A stretch of DNA of 64,000 nt, taken from positions 310,001 through 374,000 of the forward strand of contig JBNJNM010000022.1 of the NCBI GenBank assembly GCA_052426225.1. The letters run 5' to 3'. The position numbers were made by a program, and so were the translations under genes. Numbering within the stretch: the stretch's first letter is position 1; each line of letters starts with the position of its first letter. Origin of the DNA: Zancudomyces culisetae HAW-14-8. Taxonomy: Eukaryota; Fungi; Kickxellomycota. The notes under the pieces were generated by a model. The model was not told where the DNA came from and ran no database searches. It worked only from the letters and a program-made list of their open reading frames with translations. Below, piece after piece: positions 62,480 to 64,000 of this stretch.

Positions 62480-62875
62480 TCATTGAAAGCGGACAGATTT
62501 GAGATCTTCTGGGACGTTCAACATACCTATATCTAAAAATCTAGCGTTTACCATGCATACACCCATACAATCCCTCTCGCTGCACATCACCACTGCTCCG
62601 GACCTATCTGTGGGACTAAGACATTATTCTGATCTGCTCTGTTTAATGCTATAACATTTATGTTTTACTATATGGAATTCATCTACTGCAACACCTGAAA
62701 AATCATATCCTAAAAATATTCTGGCGCGCAGAGCTTAGAGTTCAGCTTAGCTGATTTCTTAGCAATTGAATTTGTGAGAGGGGCTAATGTTTACTTTACC
62801 ATTTTTAATACCTGATACAAATGTGAGTTTTGCGTAGCTAATACAATAATGGTGTATACGAATAACTATGAACAT
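62480..62875 (-). pseudogene. Decayed paralog of the secreted beta/gamma-crystallin-like protein (absent from the ORF track)
   Basis: ARIFLGYDFSGVAVDEFHIVKHKCYSIKQSRSE*CLSPTDRSGAVVMCSERDCMGVCMVNARFLDIGMLNVPEDLKSVRFQ*; same Cys spacing as 50777-51234; in-frame TAA at 62624-62626; frameshifted signal region. Confidence 0.7.
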
Positions 62876-64000
62876 AATTCGATGTTGCTTAAAGAGATTC
62901 AATAGCTGATGTTTTCTTTAAATATTAGATATTGTGAGCCACCTACTTCCACGCCTTTTCTCCAACTATACTTTCTCTCCTATAATATTTATGAAAAGGA
63001 TTAAAAAGACGACCTACTGGTATTTGAAATAAAGTCTTGTAGTGCTATAACTTTAGAAACATCTAAAATAGCTCAACTCTTAAAAATACCAAGTTGAATA
63101 TAGATGCACTAGGATGTGATATATTCTGGTAAGCTATGTAATACACTGTTTCTATTTTTAATCTCGACGATATTTTAGCATTTTCAAACACAATAAAATG
63201 TAGTGGTACTGCTAGAATGCGTGCATTTATGTAGACGGTTTGTACAAGATAAAGCAGATTGGCATTTATGTTAAATCACTTCTAAAAATAAAATTACTGC
63301 TATTAGAATCCCCATTAATATTAGAAAAAGGCATACCTCCATCATGTGCACCAAAAAAGGTATAAATCCGACAAAAGGGCCCAGTTATGCAAATATTCAG
63401 AACCCATTACCCATTATTTTCACTTTTATCGACAAGGGGTAGTCATTAATTATTTTTCAGATTGCTAAATAGTCACAAAACTGTTATTATCTCGACTGGG
63501 CGCCTTTAGATTCTCCCCTAAGAACTATTAGACATTTAACAAAACAAGGGGATAAGGTAAAAGACGAGTAGCAAATTCAGATTGCAAACCTTTAGGAAGG
63601 CAAACCTTTCGCTATTTGGATTAGACCAACCATCTTGTCATAAAAAGCTTCTGTAATAATAGACAGATATACTAAATCAGATTATAATGGTTATCACACT
63701 GTCAAAATATCTCTACGTTGGTGGTACTCTCAGCTTACTTAATAATAAGTATTTTACATCAGTTTGATGCCACTCTATTGTATACCTAGATAAGTGTGCA
63801 AAACATACAATTATAGATAGAGACAGGATGAAATTAGATTGTCAAGAATGTCTTTAGTAATAATTTTAGGGCCAAATATCATACGTATTTCTTACTATTA
63901 ACATTATCTGCCTCAATAATTCAACTAGTTGAGTGAAATGAAAACCTAGTATTATCACCATGCAAATATCAAGATTCAATTATGTCACATCAAACTCTCG

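Noticed and set aside
42200-64000. Stop-codon reassignment as the explanation for in-frame stops
   Set aside because: Conserved genes in the window end in TAA, TAG and TGA with no internal stops, and the broken genes also carry frameshifts.

Overview
Eukaryotic, intron-containing, AT-rich DNA from an early-diverging fungus. The gene set (muskelin, Prm10/ThrE paralogs, Ran1-like kinase, decayed F-box-like/ankyrin genes, Tyr/Gly-rich secreted peptide) suggests Kickxellomycotina/Harpellales (Zancudomyces/Smittium-like); this is an inference only. Roughly 1-42 kb is a gene-dense housekeeping block: SmE (5 exons, missed by the ORF track), muskelin, an RTA1-like 7-TM protein, EAF1, mitochondrial lysyl-tRNA synthetase (its CDS overlaps EAF1 by 9 nt), a degenerate calmodulin-like protein, TMEM223, SMC2, two head-to-head Prm10/ThrE genes, a Ran1-like kinase, DIM1 and MSH3. 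Roughly 42-64 kb is a gene-poor accessory compartment. It holds decayed ankyrin genes, a pair of paralogous small ORFs (MSG...GRYSSD...DP[LF]A) with conserved upstream motifs, a family of small secreted Cys-containing beta/gamma-crystallin-like proteins (one frameshifted, one with an in-frame stop), and an intact secreted precursor with a Kex2 site and a C-terminal Tyr/Gly/Trp peptide. No tRNA, rRNA, CRISPR array or recognisable transposon was seen.
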